A DNA stretch of 64,000 nt from Candidatus Kapaibacteriota bacterium. GTDB lineage: Bacteria > Bacteroidota > Ignavibacteria > OLB7. Below the pieces are notes generated by a model. It did no database searches and was not told the origin of the DNA. It saw nothing but the letters and a program-made list of their open reading frames with translations. The stretch is from the NCBI GenBank assembly GCA_048594725.1, contig JBMDXA010000091.1:19970-83969 (forward strand), in the 5' to 3' direction. This document shows, piece by piece, positions 10,504 to 19,319 of this stretch (positions are counted from its first letter, which is position 1; each line of letters begins with the position of its first letter). The position numbers were made by a program, and so were the translations under genes.

Positions 10504-10527
10504 CCGGCCCGGGTATCTCCGGGCCGG
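10504..10527 (+). terminator. GC-rich hairpin (CCGGCCCGG-gtatct-CCGGGCCGG) downstream of the first FKBP gene; possible terminator without a U-tract
   Basis: Perfect 9-bp inverted repeat about 34 nt after the stop at 10470. No T-run follows it. Confidence 0.25.
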
Positions 10528-10814
10528 CCGTGCCCCCCTCCGGTACCCGGCGCCGCCCTCCTGCCCGGCAGAAGGATGCCGCCAGTGTCATTTTTCCCTG
10601 GTATCCCTAAACGTTCTGCCACGTTCCAGGTCCAATCCCCCGTCATCGCCGGTTGATTATGCGGCGGCGCATGCCGCTGGAACCCACACTATCATCTCCG
10701 GCTATCTCGTCGTTGAGGTATTAAATTTCGCCGCTGCCGATTTCCCGAGGTGGTTCGCGAGAGAACAACGCGTACTGACAACACAGATCATACATCCAAT
10801 CACGGAGAATATTC

Positions 10815-11504
10815 TTGATGAAAACGCTGATTATTTCGGCGCTCTGCCTCGGTTTTGTGACGGTGGCCGCGAGCGCGCAGCAGGCCAAGCTCACAAATCG
10901 CATCGATAGCGCCAGCTACAGCATCGGCTGGGATATCGGCAACAGCCTGAAGGCCCAGGGAGTCTCGCTCACCCCGTCGCTGCTGGCCCAGGGGATCTCG
11001 GATGCGCTCGGCGCACAGAAGTCGGCGCTGACCGATGAGCAGATGCAGGGGATCATCATGGAGCTTCGCCAGGAGATGGCGGCGAAGGCGCAGGAGAAGA
11101 TGCAGCAGATGGCGCTGGAGAACCAGAACGCCGGTGCCGCATTCCTGGCCGATAACAAGAAGAAGAAGGGGGTTACCACCCTGCCGAGCGGTTTGCAGTA
11201 CGAGGTTATCAAGCAGGGCTCCGGCGCCATGCCCAAGGCCACCGATAACGTCACCGTGCATTATACCGGCAAGCTGATCGATGGCACCGTCTTCGATAGC
11301 TCCGTGCAGCGCGGCGAGCCGGCCGAGTTCAAGGTCAATGGCGTCATCCGTGGCTGGACCGAGGCACTTCAGCTGATGAAGGCCGGTTCGCAGTGGAGAC
11401 TCTTCATCCCCGCCGAGCTTGCCTATGGCACGCAGGGCGCCGGCCAGACCATCGGGCCGAACTCGGTGCTGGTGTTCGATGTCGAGCTTCTGAAGGTGAA
11501 CTGA
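10815..11504 (+). CDS. FKBP-type peptidyl-prolyl cis-trans isomerase (FkpA-like), secreted; tandem paralog of 9712..10470
   Basis: MMKTLIISALCLGFVTVAASAQQ signal peptide. The FKBP domain (VHYTGKLIDGTVFDSS...GVIRGWTEALQLMKAGSQWRLFIPAELAYG) aligns colinearly with the upstream paralog. Confidence 0.85.
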   Translation: MMKTLIISALCLGFVTVAASAQQAKLTNRIDSASYSIGWDIGNSLKAQGVSLTPSLLAQGISDALGAQKSALTDEQMQGIIMELRQEMAAKAQEKMQQMALENQNAGAAFLADNKKKKGVTTLPSGLQYEVIKQGSGAMPKATDNVTVHYTGKLIDGTVFDSSVQRGEPAEFKVNGVIRGWTEALQLMKAGSQWRLFIPAELAYGTQGAGQTIGPNSVLVFDVELLKVN

Positions 11505-11564
11505 TGCCGGGGGATGGCCTTTGGGTCATCCCGCTGCCGCCGCAACTGCCGCAGCAGAGTTTCA

Positions 11565-11597
11565 GGGGTGGGCCGGTGCCCGCCCCTTCCTGTTTTC
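11565..11597 (+). terminator. Rho-independent terminator after the second FKBP gene
   Basis: GGGGUGGGC-cggug-CCCGCCCCU stem (9 bp, one G-U pair) followed by UCCUGUUUUCC. It starts 61 nt after the stop at 11504. Confidence 0.5.
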
Positions 11598-11639
11598 CAT
11601 ACCCCCGCTACCATTTCTCCACCGTTGTTCTTCCAGTCC

Positions 11640-12053
11640 ATGAGCCACGATTCACTCTACGAGAGCTTCCTGCATACCACCTATATCGTCCACTCCCCCG
11701 CCGGGCCTATCCGGCTTCGTATCGGAACGCGCGAGCCGGCGATAGACCGGTTGCTGGAGCACTACGGTGCCCGCGAATGGGCGTTTATCACCGCCTGGAA
11801 TCCCGATGCCCGCCCGCTCTCCCGCAAGGAGAATCTGGCGCGGAACCAAGAGCTTCGTGCCATGCTCCTTGCAGGAGGTTTCGATCCGGTTCCGGCCGAG
11901 GGGGCCGGCGACGATGGGAGCTGGGAGCCGGAGGAGAGCTTCTGGGTGGCCGGCCTGGCCGCCGACGAGGCGCTGGAGCTTGCACGCCGTTTCCGGCAGG
12001 CCGCCATCGTGACCGGCCTGCGCTCGGGTGCGCCCCGGCTCCGCTGGTGCTAG
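11640..12053 (+). CDS. DUF3293-family protein
   Basis: Internal ATG of track ORF 11514..12053 (MSHDSLYESFLHTTYIVHSPAGPIRLRIG...EWAFITAWNP...). The FITAWNP motif and a size of about 137 aa fit DUF3293. The family assignment is from memory. Confidence 0.55.
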   Translation: MSHDSLYESFLHTTYIVHSPAGPIRLRIGTREPAIDRLLEHYGAREWAFITAWNPDARPLSRKENLARNQELRAMLLAGGFDPVPAEGAGDDGSWEPEESFWVAGLAADEALELARRFRQAAIVTGLRSGAPRLRWC

Positions 12054-12271
12054 GGGCGCTCTCCCCCGCTGATACAGCCACAGCCCGCACGGTGCCTGGC
12101 ATAGAGGGGGGGATGCTGATTTCAACGCACTCGAAAAAAGGCTATACTTGCACGCGCCCGCCGGAGCATCCGCCGGGCGCGTGCCATGTACGATTCCTGG
12201 CGCTCTTCCGCGCCCCATTCCGTTCGATGCCTTCTGAACCCCGAACCGACGTTGCAACAAGCCGAGCCCCG

Positions 12272-15200
12272 ATGTTTCCGATGAGACGTACGACTTTTCT
12301 CTCCCTCTCCGTTGTTCTTCTGATCCATGCCGGCGCCGATCTCTCGGCACAGCGGCGCCAGGATGAGCGCACGCTCCTCTGGGAGATCTCCGGCAATGGT
12401 CTGGCAGCACCATCCTACCTCTACGGCACCATGCATGTGTACGATAAACGTGCGTTCGATTTCAGCGACTCGGTGCTCCTGAAATTGCAGGGCTGCACGG
12501 CGTTCGCCTCGGAGGTGCTGATGGATCGTTCGCTTCGCGATGTGATCCTCTACTACCGGCATCAGGATTCCATCGCCGAGGCCGAGGCCCGGATGGATGA
12601 GGAGATAAGCACGGAGGTCTCCCAGCCGGATATGGAGTTCGTGGGGCCGTTTCCCCCCTCCTCTCCCGCCGATACCATCGGGATCTCGGTGGCGGCGCCG
12701 GATGAGGAGCCCTACGGAGGGCCGGTGCGGATCGTGGAATCCACCGGCTCCGGAGAGCGGCCCCGGCGTTCCGGAAGAATCTCCTCGGATCTGTTCAACG
12801 AGCAGGGTGAGCGGAAGCCGGGGGATCAGCCGGTGGTGCTGGATGCCTATCTCTCCCGTCTGGCGAAAAAGGAGGGGAAGCAGATGCTGGCCCTGGAAGA
12901 GGTCGGGGAACAGCTCGAAGCCCTGAGCTACCACGACCCGATAGCGCTCTGGAAATTCTATTTCAGCCGCCCGAAATATCTGCGCAAAATGACCGAGAAG
13001 CAGCTGCGCGAGATGATGCTGCGCCACTACCGGAACGGCGATGTGGAGAAACTCCACACGATGATGCTGGAATCGTTTCCGCCGGTGATGTACGAAAAAT
13101 TCATAGTGAACCGTAATCGGGCTATGGCCGGGCGCGCCGAAACGTATATGCGTGCGCAACCCACGTTTATCGCCGTGGGGGCCGGGCATCTCGGCGGGGA
13201 GAAGGGGCTTATACGGCTGTTCAGAGAGCGGGGATTTACCGTGCGCCCGGTGCGCGCCACCCGTACGGGCCTTGCCAGAAGCTACAGGGAGCCGCAGCGG
13301 CGCCTGGAGTGGTTTCGCTTCTCCTCCGAAACAGGCGCCTACGCGGCCGATCTGCCGTCGGAGCCGATCGACATAAATGATTTTTCCGGTTTTTCCTCCT
13401 CTGTCGAATCGGTAAAGCGCAGCCGGTTGTATCTCTGGGTCGATGTCCTTACCGGCATCACCTACAGGATCGGATATTACGATTATCCATTCGAGCCGGA
13501 GCTGCTCACCGAAACAGGCAATCAGCTTGGCTCCGCCCTGAACGAATTGGCCTATGAGTCAGGCAAACCGAAGGGGAATCCGAAAGAGGTTCGGGCCGAT
13601 GGCCTGCGCGGTGTGCAGGCTGATGCCATGCTCGCCGATAGCACTATACGGCGCTCCAGATTCTACCTGCGCGGCAGCCGGATCTATGCGTTGAGCGCCC
13701 AGACCGTGCCGGAGCTTATGGATTCGGAGGACGCCGAACGATTTTTCTCGTCGTTCCGGATAGAGCCGATCCGCCCGGTCGAATTCCGGCCGTTCGTCTC
13801 GCCCGATGGGGGCTTCCGTGTGCTGCTGCCGCAGGAGCCGGATACCCAGCTCGATACGTCGCGCGTTGCGTTCGATGCCTATCAGCTCGGAGTTATCGGC
13901 CGCGACTCCAATTCCGGCGAGAGATACGAGGTGCAGTGCATACAATATTCGGAAGTGGATTCGTTCGCCGATACGGCATTCCTGTTCGATCCCCTGCTGG
14001 AATTTCTCCGGTATAATGCCAGCGATTCCATACTCCGGAACGATTCCATGCAGTGGCTCGGTTTTCCGGCAAGGGATATCGAGGTGATAAATACCCGGAC
14101 CGGATATACCCGGCGCGGGAGAGCGCTGCTTCAGGGACGCCGGCTGTATTATCTGCACACGGGCGCATCGCGCGAACGGATAGGATCGGAGAATACCGAG
14201 GAATTTTTCCGGTCATTTACGCTGCTGGCCGATTCCGCCAGCGGGGATCTTTTCAGCGATAAAAGCGGAATTATCCTTTCGGAACTGGAATCGGAAAATG
14301 AGGAGCGCCGCTCCCGCGCGACGTATGCCTTGAGCCGGCTGGATCTGGCGCCCGAGCATATTCCGGCCTTGCATGCGCTGCTGCGTAAATCGTCTCTGAA
14401 CGATTGGGAAGCATACCCGGTGCGCGGTGCGATCATATCGAAGCTGGCGGATATGCGGGATACTTCCATGGTCGAAATAATCCGCGATATATATCCGGAA
14501 TTTCAGGATAATCCGAATCTGCAATCCGAGGCATTTTCGGCTCTGGCCGAGATCCGTACCACCGGGGCGCTCGATCTGCTTGCGGAGCTTATCGTGGCCG
14601 ATTCCTCCGCGCTCAATTCCGGGCAGCTCGATTTCGGAACGTTGTATCCTCTGCACTATGATCTCCCTGCCAGCAGGCAGCTGTATCCGAAGATATTCGC
14701 CGCGCTGAACCGGGAGAAGTATCGGATGGAGCTGTATGAGCTGACCGCTGCGATGTTCCGCGAGGGCCTTCTTTCCTCCGCCGATATCCTCCCGTATGCC
14801 TCTGCCATTCAGGGGCAGTTGCTCGATCTGGTACAGGCCCCACCCGACTCGGAGGACTCGTACGAGCATGCCCAGCTTCTGCATGGCGTTATTGAGTGCG
14901 CGGGATTTCTCCCGGTTTCGGCGGAGCTTCAGAGCACGCTCAGCACGCTTCAGAATGATGAGAACATCTATATCGCCTGCGCGGCCACCATCGCGGCCGT
15001 GCGCCAGGGGGCGGAGCTCCCGAATGGTGTTCTGGCGCGCCTGACCGCCAGCCCGGAGATATCGATGATGCTCTACCGGGGGCTGGAACGGAGCGGCCGC
15101 GAGGCACTGTTCCCCGCGCCATTGCGCGCGCAGAGGAAATTCGCCGAGAATGTTTTCATCGAATGGTTCATGGAGGATAATGATGCTCCTCCCGATTCGG

Positions 15201-15460
15201 TCCGCTATCTGGCCGAGCGGGAGGTAAGCGTGGAGGGGGGGAAGGAGCGCGCATTTCTCTTTGCCTTCAGGGGATATCCGGGAGCTGCATGGAGCGTGGG
15301 GATAAGCGGGTCGCAGCCGCTGGACCGATCGCGGCTGAACTCCACTCCGGCGATGGTGGGCTCCGAGTACGCGGCTCTGGATGCCGATACCATCGACGGG
15401 CACTTCGACCTGTTGCTGCGCCAGTACGACACCCCGGTGCGGGAGGAGGCGATGCCGTAG
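12272..15460 (+). CDS. TraB/GumN-family domain protein fused to a long HEAT/ARM-like helical-repeat C-terminal region (about 1060 aa), secreted
   Basis: The real start is M(FPM)RRTTFLSLSVVLLIHAGADLSAQ (signal peptide) inside track ORF 11393..15460. An alternative ATG lies at 12281. TraB/GumN hallmarks are LLWEISGNG...YLYGTMHV and a later HLGG motif (AVGAGHLGGEKGL). The C-terminal ~600 aa are helical repeats (HEAT-like: ...LHALLRKSSLNDWEAYPVRGAIISKLADMRD...). Confidence 0.7.
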   Translation: MFPMRRTTFLSLSVVLLIHAGADLSAQRRQDERTLLWEISGNGLAAPSYLYGTMHVYDKRAFDFSDSVLLKLQGCTAFASEVLMDRSLRDVILYYRHQDSIAEAEARMDEEISTEVSQPDMEFVGPFPPSSPADTIGISVAAPDEEPYGGPVRIVESTGSGERPRRSGRISSDLFNEQGERKPGDQPVVLDAYLSRLAKKEGKQMLALEEVGEQLEALSYHDPIALWKFYFSRPKYLRKMTEKQLREMMLRHYRNGDVEKLHTMMLESFPPVMYEKFIVNRNRAMAGRAETYMRAQPTFIAVGAGHLGGEKGLIRLFRERGFTVRPVRATRTGLARSYREPQRRLEWFRFSSETGAYAADLPSEPIDINDFSGFSSSVESVKRSRLYLWVDVLTGITYRIGYYDYPFEPELLTETGNQLGSALNELAYESGKPKGNPKEVRADGLRGVQADAMLADSTIRRSRFYLRGSRIYALSAQTVPELMDSEDAERFFSSFRIEPIRPVEFRPFVSPDGGFRVLLPQEPDTQLDTSRVAFDAYQLGVIGRDSNSGERYEVQCIQYSEVDSFADTAFLFDPLLEFLRYNASDSILRNDSMQWLGFPARDIEVINTRTGYTRRGRALLQGRRLYYLHTGASRERIGSENTEEFFRSFTLLADSASGDLFSDKSGIILSELESENEERRSRATYALSRLDLAPEHIPALHALLRKSSLNDWEAYPVRGAIISKLADMRDTSMVEIIRDIYPEFQDNPNLQSEAFSALAEIRTTGALDLLAELIVADSSALNSGQLDFGTLYPLHYDLPASRQLYPKIFAALNREKYRMELYELTAAMFREGLLSSADILPYASAIQGQLLDLVQAPPDSEDSYEHAQLLHGVIECAGFLPVSAELQSTLSTLQNDENIYIACAATIAAVRQGAELPNGVLARLTASPEISMMLYRGLERSGREALFPAPLRAQRKFAENVFIEWFMEDNDAPPDSVRYLAEREVSVEGGKERAFLFAFRGYPGAAWSVGISGSQPLDRSRLNSTPAMVGSEYAALDADTIDGHFDLLLRQYDTPVREEAMP

Positions 15461-16290
15461 GGGGGGCGATGCGGTAATGCGGTAGTGGTGAGCCCGGCCG
15501 GGTGCTGCTGGCAACGGTGTTGCTCCATCGGCCGGCCCATATCACGGTAGTAGCGTATGCGCGGCATAGTCCGGACCCCTCCCATCAGCCCCCCGGATTG
15601 CATGTGGTCCCGCTCGGCGATGCGAATGACGATGTGGGGGCATGCGTATCCGCATGTGTACCTTCCGGGGTGGCGGCCCGGCTGTAGCGATGGCGGATGG
15701 GGAGAAGGATTGCCCCTCTACATCCGGAGCCTCAGGATCTACGGAGGTAATTTTCTTTGGGATACCAGCGATTTACTATTCCCTTCGCCCCCTTTTTGTT
15801 TTAAATTATTCCCAGCTCCAACCTCGCCCTAGGAGCAAAGGGTCACTGCGAATCATCTCCATACAGCGTATTCACTGTAATCCTTACTCCCCCCCGGAGC
15901 TTTTGCGACGTGTCGGCGAATTGCAGCAACCGTCTTGCCGGGTAGAGCCATCGCCTCGAGCAGATTTACGACAGCAGGATAACCATCCGGGCGGAAGCCG
16001 CCTGATGCTGAGATAGCGCCATCACGTATGCGCAGTTTTGTATGATGCCCTCCTGGGAGGGGAGAAAGCCCCTACAGGAGTCTCCATCGGCATGATACTC
16101 CATTGATGGGAGTGCCGGGAGACTGCTGGCATCATCGCCCCACGATCTTTTGAAAACCATCACACAATGCGGAGATCACCATGAGTAAACGAATCGAATC
16201 CTTCCGTTCATTCCCCGCTCCTGATCTATTCCCCAGGAATATATCGGTGCCGGTAAAAGCGTATCACCAGCGCAGAGGAGAGAGCGGGCT

Positions 16291-17190
16291 ATGAAAAACG
16301 GACGATGGCCGGAATATGTACCACCGCAGAATCCTGGAAAATCGAGCAGATATCTGCGTTGGAGCAAGGAAGAGGATACCACTCTGAAGCTGCATTACTC
16401 CAAGCGCGGGTCCCGTTATACCGCCGAGCTTCTCGGGCGGTCGGTTACCAGCGTGCAGCACCGCGCGCTGAAACTGGGCATTCCCGGCAATGGCGTGCGG
16501 GTCTGGACGGAGATGGAGGTGCGATACCTTCGCAGCCGCTACCCGAAAATGTCGGTGGCGCAGATCTGCCGTACCCTCCACCGGAGCGAGCAGAGCGTGC
16601 GGGGGCAGATCAACCGTCTGGGGCTTGGCTCTCCTGCACCTACACCATGGACCGATGGGGAGATAGCCTATCTGCGAGCCCACTATGGACGGGTGAAGGT
16701 GGCTGAGCTGGCCGACGAACTGGGGCGCTCCCCGGATGCGGTGGAGATCAAGGCGGGGAAGCTGGGACTGAGCCGGAAGAATGTGAAGCTCACCGAGGAG
16801 GATAAAGTCTACGTCCTCGAAAATCTGGGACGCATCCCCTATACGAAAATGGCGGCTAAGCTCGGGGTGGATGTCAAGAAACTGATGCGCCTGGCGGCCA
16901 AACATGGGTTTCATGCCCGTGGTACCTGCCGTCCCTGGACCGATACCGAGGATGAATTCCTCCGGCGCCATTATGGCGATATGGCCCGCAAGAGCATCGC
17001 CGAGCAGCTTGGCCGCACTATCGGCGCGGTGGGGGTGCGTGCCGGGATGCTGGGGCTGACCAAGGGGCGCGGTGCCGAACCGGCTCCCCTGCCGGCTCCG
17101 CCGGTTCCGGCCAGGAAGCCGGCAACCGGGCGTATCAGAAAGATGCAGCCGGCCCAGGTCTATGCCTTGCGAAGCGCCGACGGGCACTGA
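16291..17190 (+). CDS. Protein composed of five tandem ~45-aa Myb/SANT-like helix-turn-helix repeats (W-[ST]-x2-E-[DE]-x2-L-x3-Y ... A-x2-LGR[ST]-x3-V-x2-R-x3-LGL); putative multivalent DNA-binding protein
   Basis: The five repeats are RWSKEEDTTLKLHY...AELLGRSVTSVQHRALKLGI, VWTEMEVRYLRSRY...CRTLHRSEQSVRGQINRLGL, PWTDGEIAYLRAHY...ADELGRSPDAVEIKAGKLGL, KLTEEDKVYVLENL...AAKLGVDVKKLMRLAAKHGF and PWTDTEDEFLRRHY...AEQLGRTIGAVGVRAGMLGL. A Pro/Ala/Arg-rich basic tail follows. The antisense track ORF 16264..17187(-) is Arg/His/Pro-rich junk. Confidence 0.75.
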   Translation: MKNGRWPEYVPPQNPGKSSRYLRWSKEEDTTLKLHYSKRGSRYTAELLGRSVTSVQHRALKLGIPGNGVRVWTEMEVRYLRSRYPKMSVAQICRTLHRSEQSVRGQINRLGLGSPAPTPWTDGEIAYLRAHYGRVKVAELADELGRSPDAVEIKAGKLGLSRKNVKLTEEDKVYVLENLGRIPYTKMAAKLGVDVKKLMRLAAKHGFHARGTCRPWTDTEDEFLRRHYGDMARKSIAEQLGRTIGAVGVRAGMLGLTKGRGAEPAPLPAPPVPARKPATGRIRKMQPAQVYALRSADGH

Positions 17191-17519
17191 TGAGATGACC
17201 GCTCGCTCCCTGCCGGGGAGCTTCCGGCCGCTGCCAGACCGTATCTGTCACGCAAAGCCGCTAAGGCGCAGAGAGAGCATCCTGCCGGTAGCTCCTCGTT
17301 GCGATCCTGGCGGCTTTGCGTGCTTCCGTTCTGTTCCACATCTCCTTTCACCTTCCCTCCTCTTCCCCCCGCCTTCGGCAGAGCCGGCCTTCTGGTATCC
17401 ATTGTGTTATGGGTTGGTAATATGGTCTGTCGGTTTCCCCGGCAGTAGCTTGCCGGGGTGAACAGTTCCACGGGTCCCTTTTTTCCTTCCTGGATCGATC
17501 AGGAGAGCCGAGGTAGAGT

Positions 17520-18434
17520 ATGAGTTACCGATTTGTTGCCGGTGAACCGGTCGCCATAGGGGTGAAGCGGATCGCCGCTGAACAGCTCGATCGCGCGATC
17601 GAAGCTCTCTCCCCCCCGTTTCAGGACCACGGCGTTGCCGTGCACGATGCGCGCAAGAGCATGAAAAAGCTCCGTGCCATCCTCCGCCTTGTGGGGGATG
17701 AGATCGGCAGGGAGGAGTTTGCCGATCATAACCGCGCCTTCCGCGATGCCGCCCGCCGCCTCTCCGAAATCCGGGATGCCGCCGTTCTGCCGGAAACGCT
17801 CCGGAAACTGCGCGAGGAGAAGGGGAAGGGAAAACTGGATGCCGCGTTCGACAGGGCCATGAGCCTGCTGGAGCCCTCCGCGCTGGAGAGCGGCGATCAG
17901 GACCGGAAGCGGCAGCAGACCGAAGGGGCGATGAAGGAAGTTGCCGGCAACCTGCTCCGGATACGCCTGCGAGTGGAGGACTGGTCGATAGAGCGCAACG
18001 ATTTTCGTGCTCTTCGTGGCGGTATCCGCAAGGTCTATAAACGGGGACGAAAGGGATTTGCCGAGGCCCTGGACGAACCTACCGCCGCGAACCTGCATGA
18101 GTGGCGGAAACAGGTGAAGTATCTCTGGTACCAGGTGCGGCTGCTCAGGGGGATCTGGCCCCCCCTGCTGAAATCGCTGGCCGAGGAGCTGCGAGAGCTT
18201 GCCGAGGAGCTGGGAGAGGATCATGATCTGGCGATGCTTCGCGATGCCCTTGCCGGCCTGATGGCCGATGATACCGCAGAGCTGGAGATGATGGTGAAGG
18301 TCATAGAAAAGCGGCGCGCGAAACTTCAGGAGCGGGCGATGATGCACGGTTCCCGGATCTTCGCGGAACGCCCGAAGGCATTTGCCGGGCGGCTGGAAGG
18401 GTACTGGAGTGCGTGGCGCAATGGTAGGAAATGA
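17520..18434 (+). CDS. CHAD-domain protein (conserved histidine alpha-helical domain)
   Basis: ...AVHDARKSMKKLRAILRLVGDE... and a later ...HEWRKQVKYLWYQVRLL... are typical paired CHAD motifs. The protein is all-helical and 304 aa. Confidence 0.8.
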   Translation: MSYRFVAGEPVAIGVKRIAAEQLDRAIEALSPPFQDHGVAVHDARKSMKKLRAILRLVGDEIGREEFADHNRAFRDAARRLSEIRDAAVLPETLRKLREEKGKGKLDAAFDRAMSLLEPSALESGDQDRKRQQTEGAMKEVAGNLLRIRLRVEDWSIERNDFRALRGGIRKVYKRGRKGFAEALDEPTAANLHEWRKQVKYLWYQVRLLRGIWPPLLKSLAEELRELAEELGEDHDLAMLRDALAGLMADDTAELEMMVKVIEKRRAKLQERAMMHGSRIFAERPKAFAGRLEGYWSAWRNGRK

Positions 18435-18508
18435 AACGGCGGGAGGAGATATCGCTCCATCCCGCCGTATGCCCTGGCAATGCTAGCTCAACTGATGTGA
18501 AGTCCGCT

Positions 18509-19141
18509 CTAGTACTTCACCGAGCAGCCGTACGGCTGGGTGCTGTTGACGGTGACCGGCTTTCCCGCCATCGCCTCGTCGAGAGCCGCTGCAACGTAGT
18601 TCTTTGCTTTTGCCACGTCATCCACCTCGGTGGAGCGGATGTCATCGATAGCGCCGTTGTACACCAGCGTCCCCTCGGGGTTGATAACGAACATATGCGG
18701 GGTGGTGCGGGCGCTATAGGCCTTGCCCACCGTGCCATCGGCATCGAACAGAACCGCCGTGGGGGCCGCGCCCATCTCCTTTACGGTCTGGTTTGCCTCA
18801 TCACCGGTGGAGTATCCCTGCTTTCCGGGGGCCGATGAGATGATCGAAAGCCACACCACACCTTTGTCGGTATACTGCTTCTGAAGGTTCTGCATGTTCT
18901 TGCTGTCGTAGTGCTTCTTCACGAACGGGCAGCCATGGTTCAGCCACTCCAGCACCACGAACTTTCCGCGCAGATCGGAGAGCTTGTGCTCCTTGCCGTA
19001 GCTGTCCATCAGGGTGAAATCGGGGGCGGGTTTGTTGACCTCGGACATGCCGGATGCATCGGCCGGACGGTAGGTGGCGGCGCTCCAGCCGATCGCGGCG
19101 ATCAGGGCCATCCAGACGACATAATGGAACGGGCGTTTCAT
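18509..19141 (-). CDS. Secreted thioredoxin-fold (redoxin/AhpC-TSA-like) protein
   Basis: Signal peptide MKRPFHYVVWMALIAAIGWSAA, then ...FVVLEWLNHGCPFVKKHY... with a thioredoxin-like fold (single Cys in a CPxV context). 210 aa. Confidence 0.8.
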   Translation of the reverse strand: MKRPFHYVVWMALIAAIGWSAATYRPADASGMSEVNKPAPDFTLMDSYGKEHKLSDLRGKFVVLEWLNHGCPFVKKHYDSKNMQNLQKQYTDKGVVWLSIISSAPGKQGYSTGDEANQTVKEMGAAPTAVLFDADGTVGKAYSARTTPHMFVINPEGTLVYNGAIDDIRSTEVDDVAKAKNYVAAALDEAMAGKPVTVNSTQPYGCSVKY

Positions 19142-19319
19142 TGGTTCCTCGTAGTTGGGGTTGAATGAATCGATAGCAATGAGATGGGAAGATCCGGAGA
19201 GGGGCCGTAATCTCCCTGAGATTTTTTATGGATATCCGGGCCGGGGAGGGGGTGGAGTCTCCTCCGCCCGCCGTTCCGCCGGTATCTGCCAGGGGTGGAC
19301 TAGCAGGCAGCCGGGAGCA

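Noticed and set aside
12122-15514. Minus-strand ORFs 12122..13189, 13559..14158 and 14213..15514 opposite the TraB/GumN-HEAT gene
   Set aside because: They are antisense artefacts. The plus-strand frame has the signal peptide, TraB/GumN motifs and coherent helical repeats; the minus-frame translations are Arg/His/Gly-rich.
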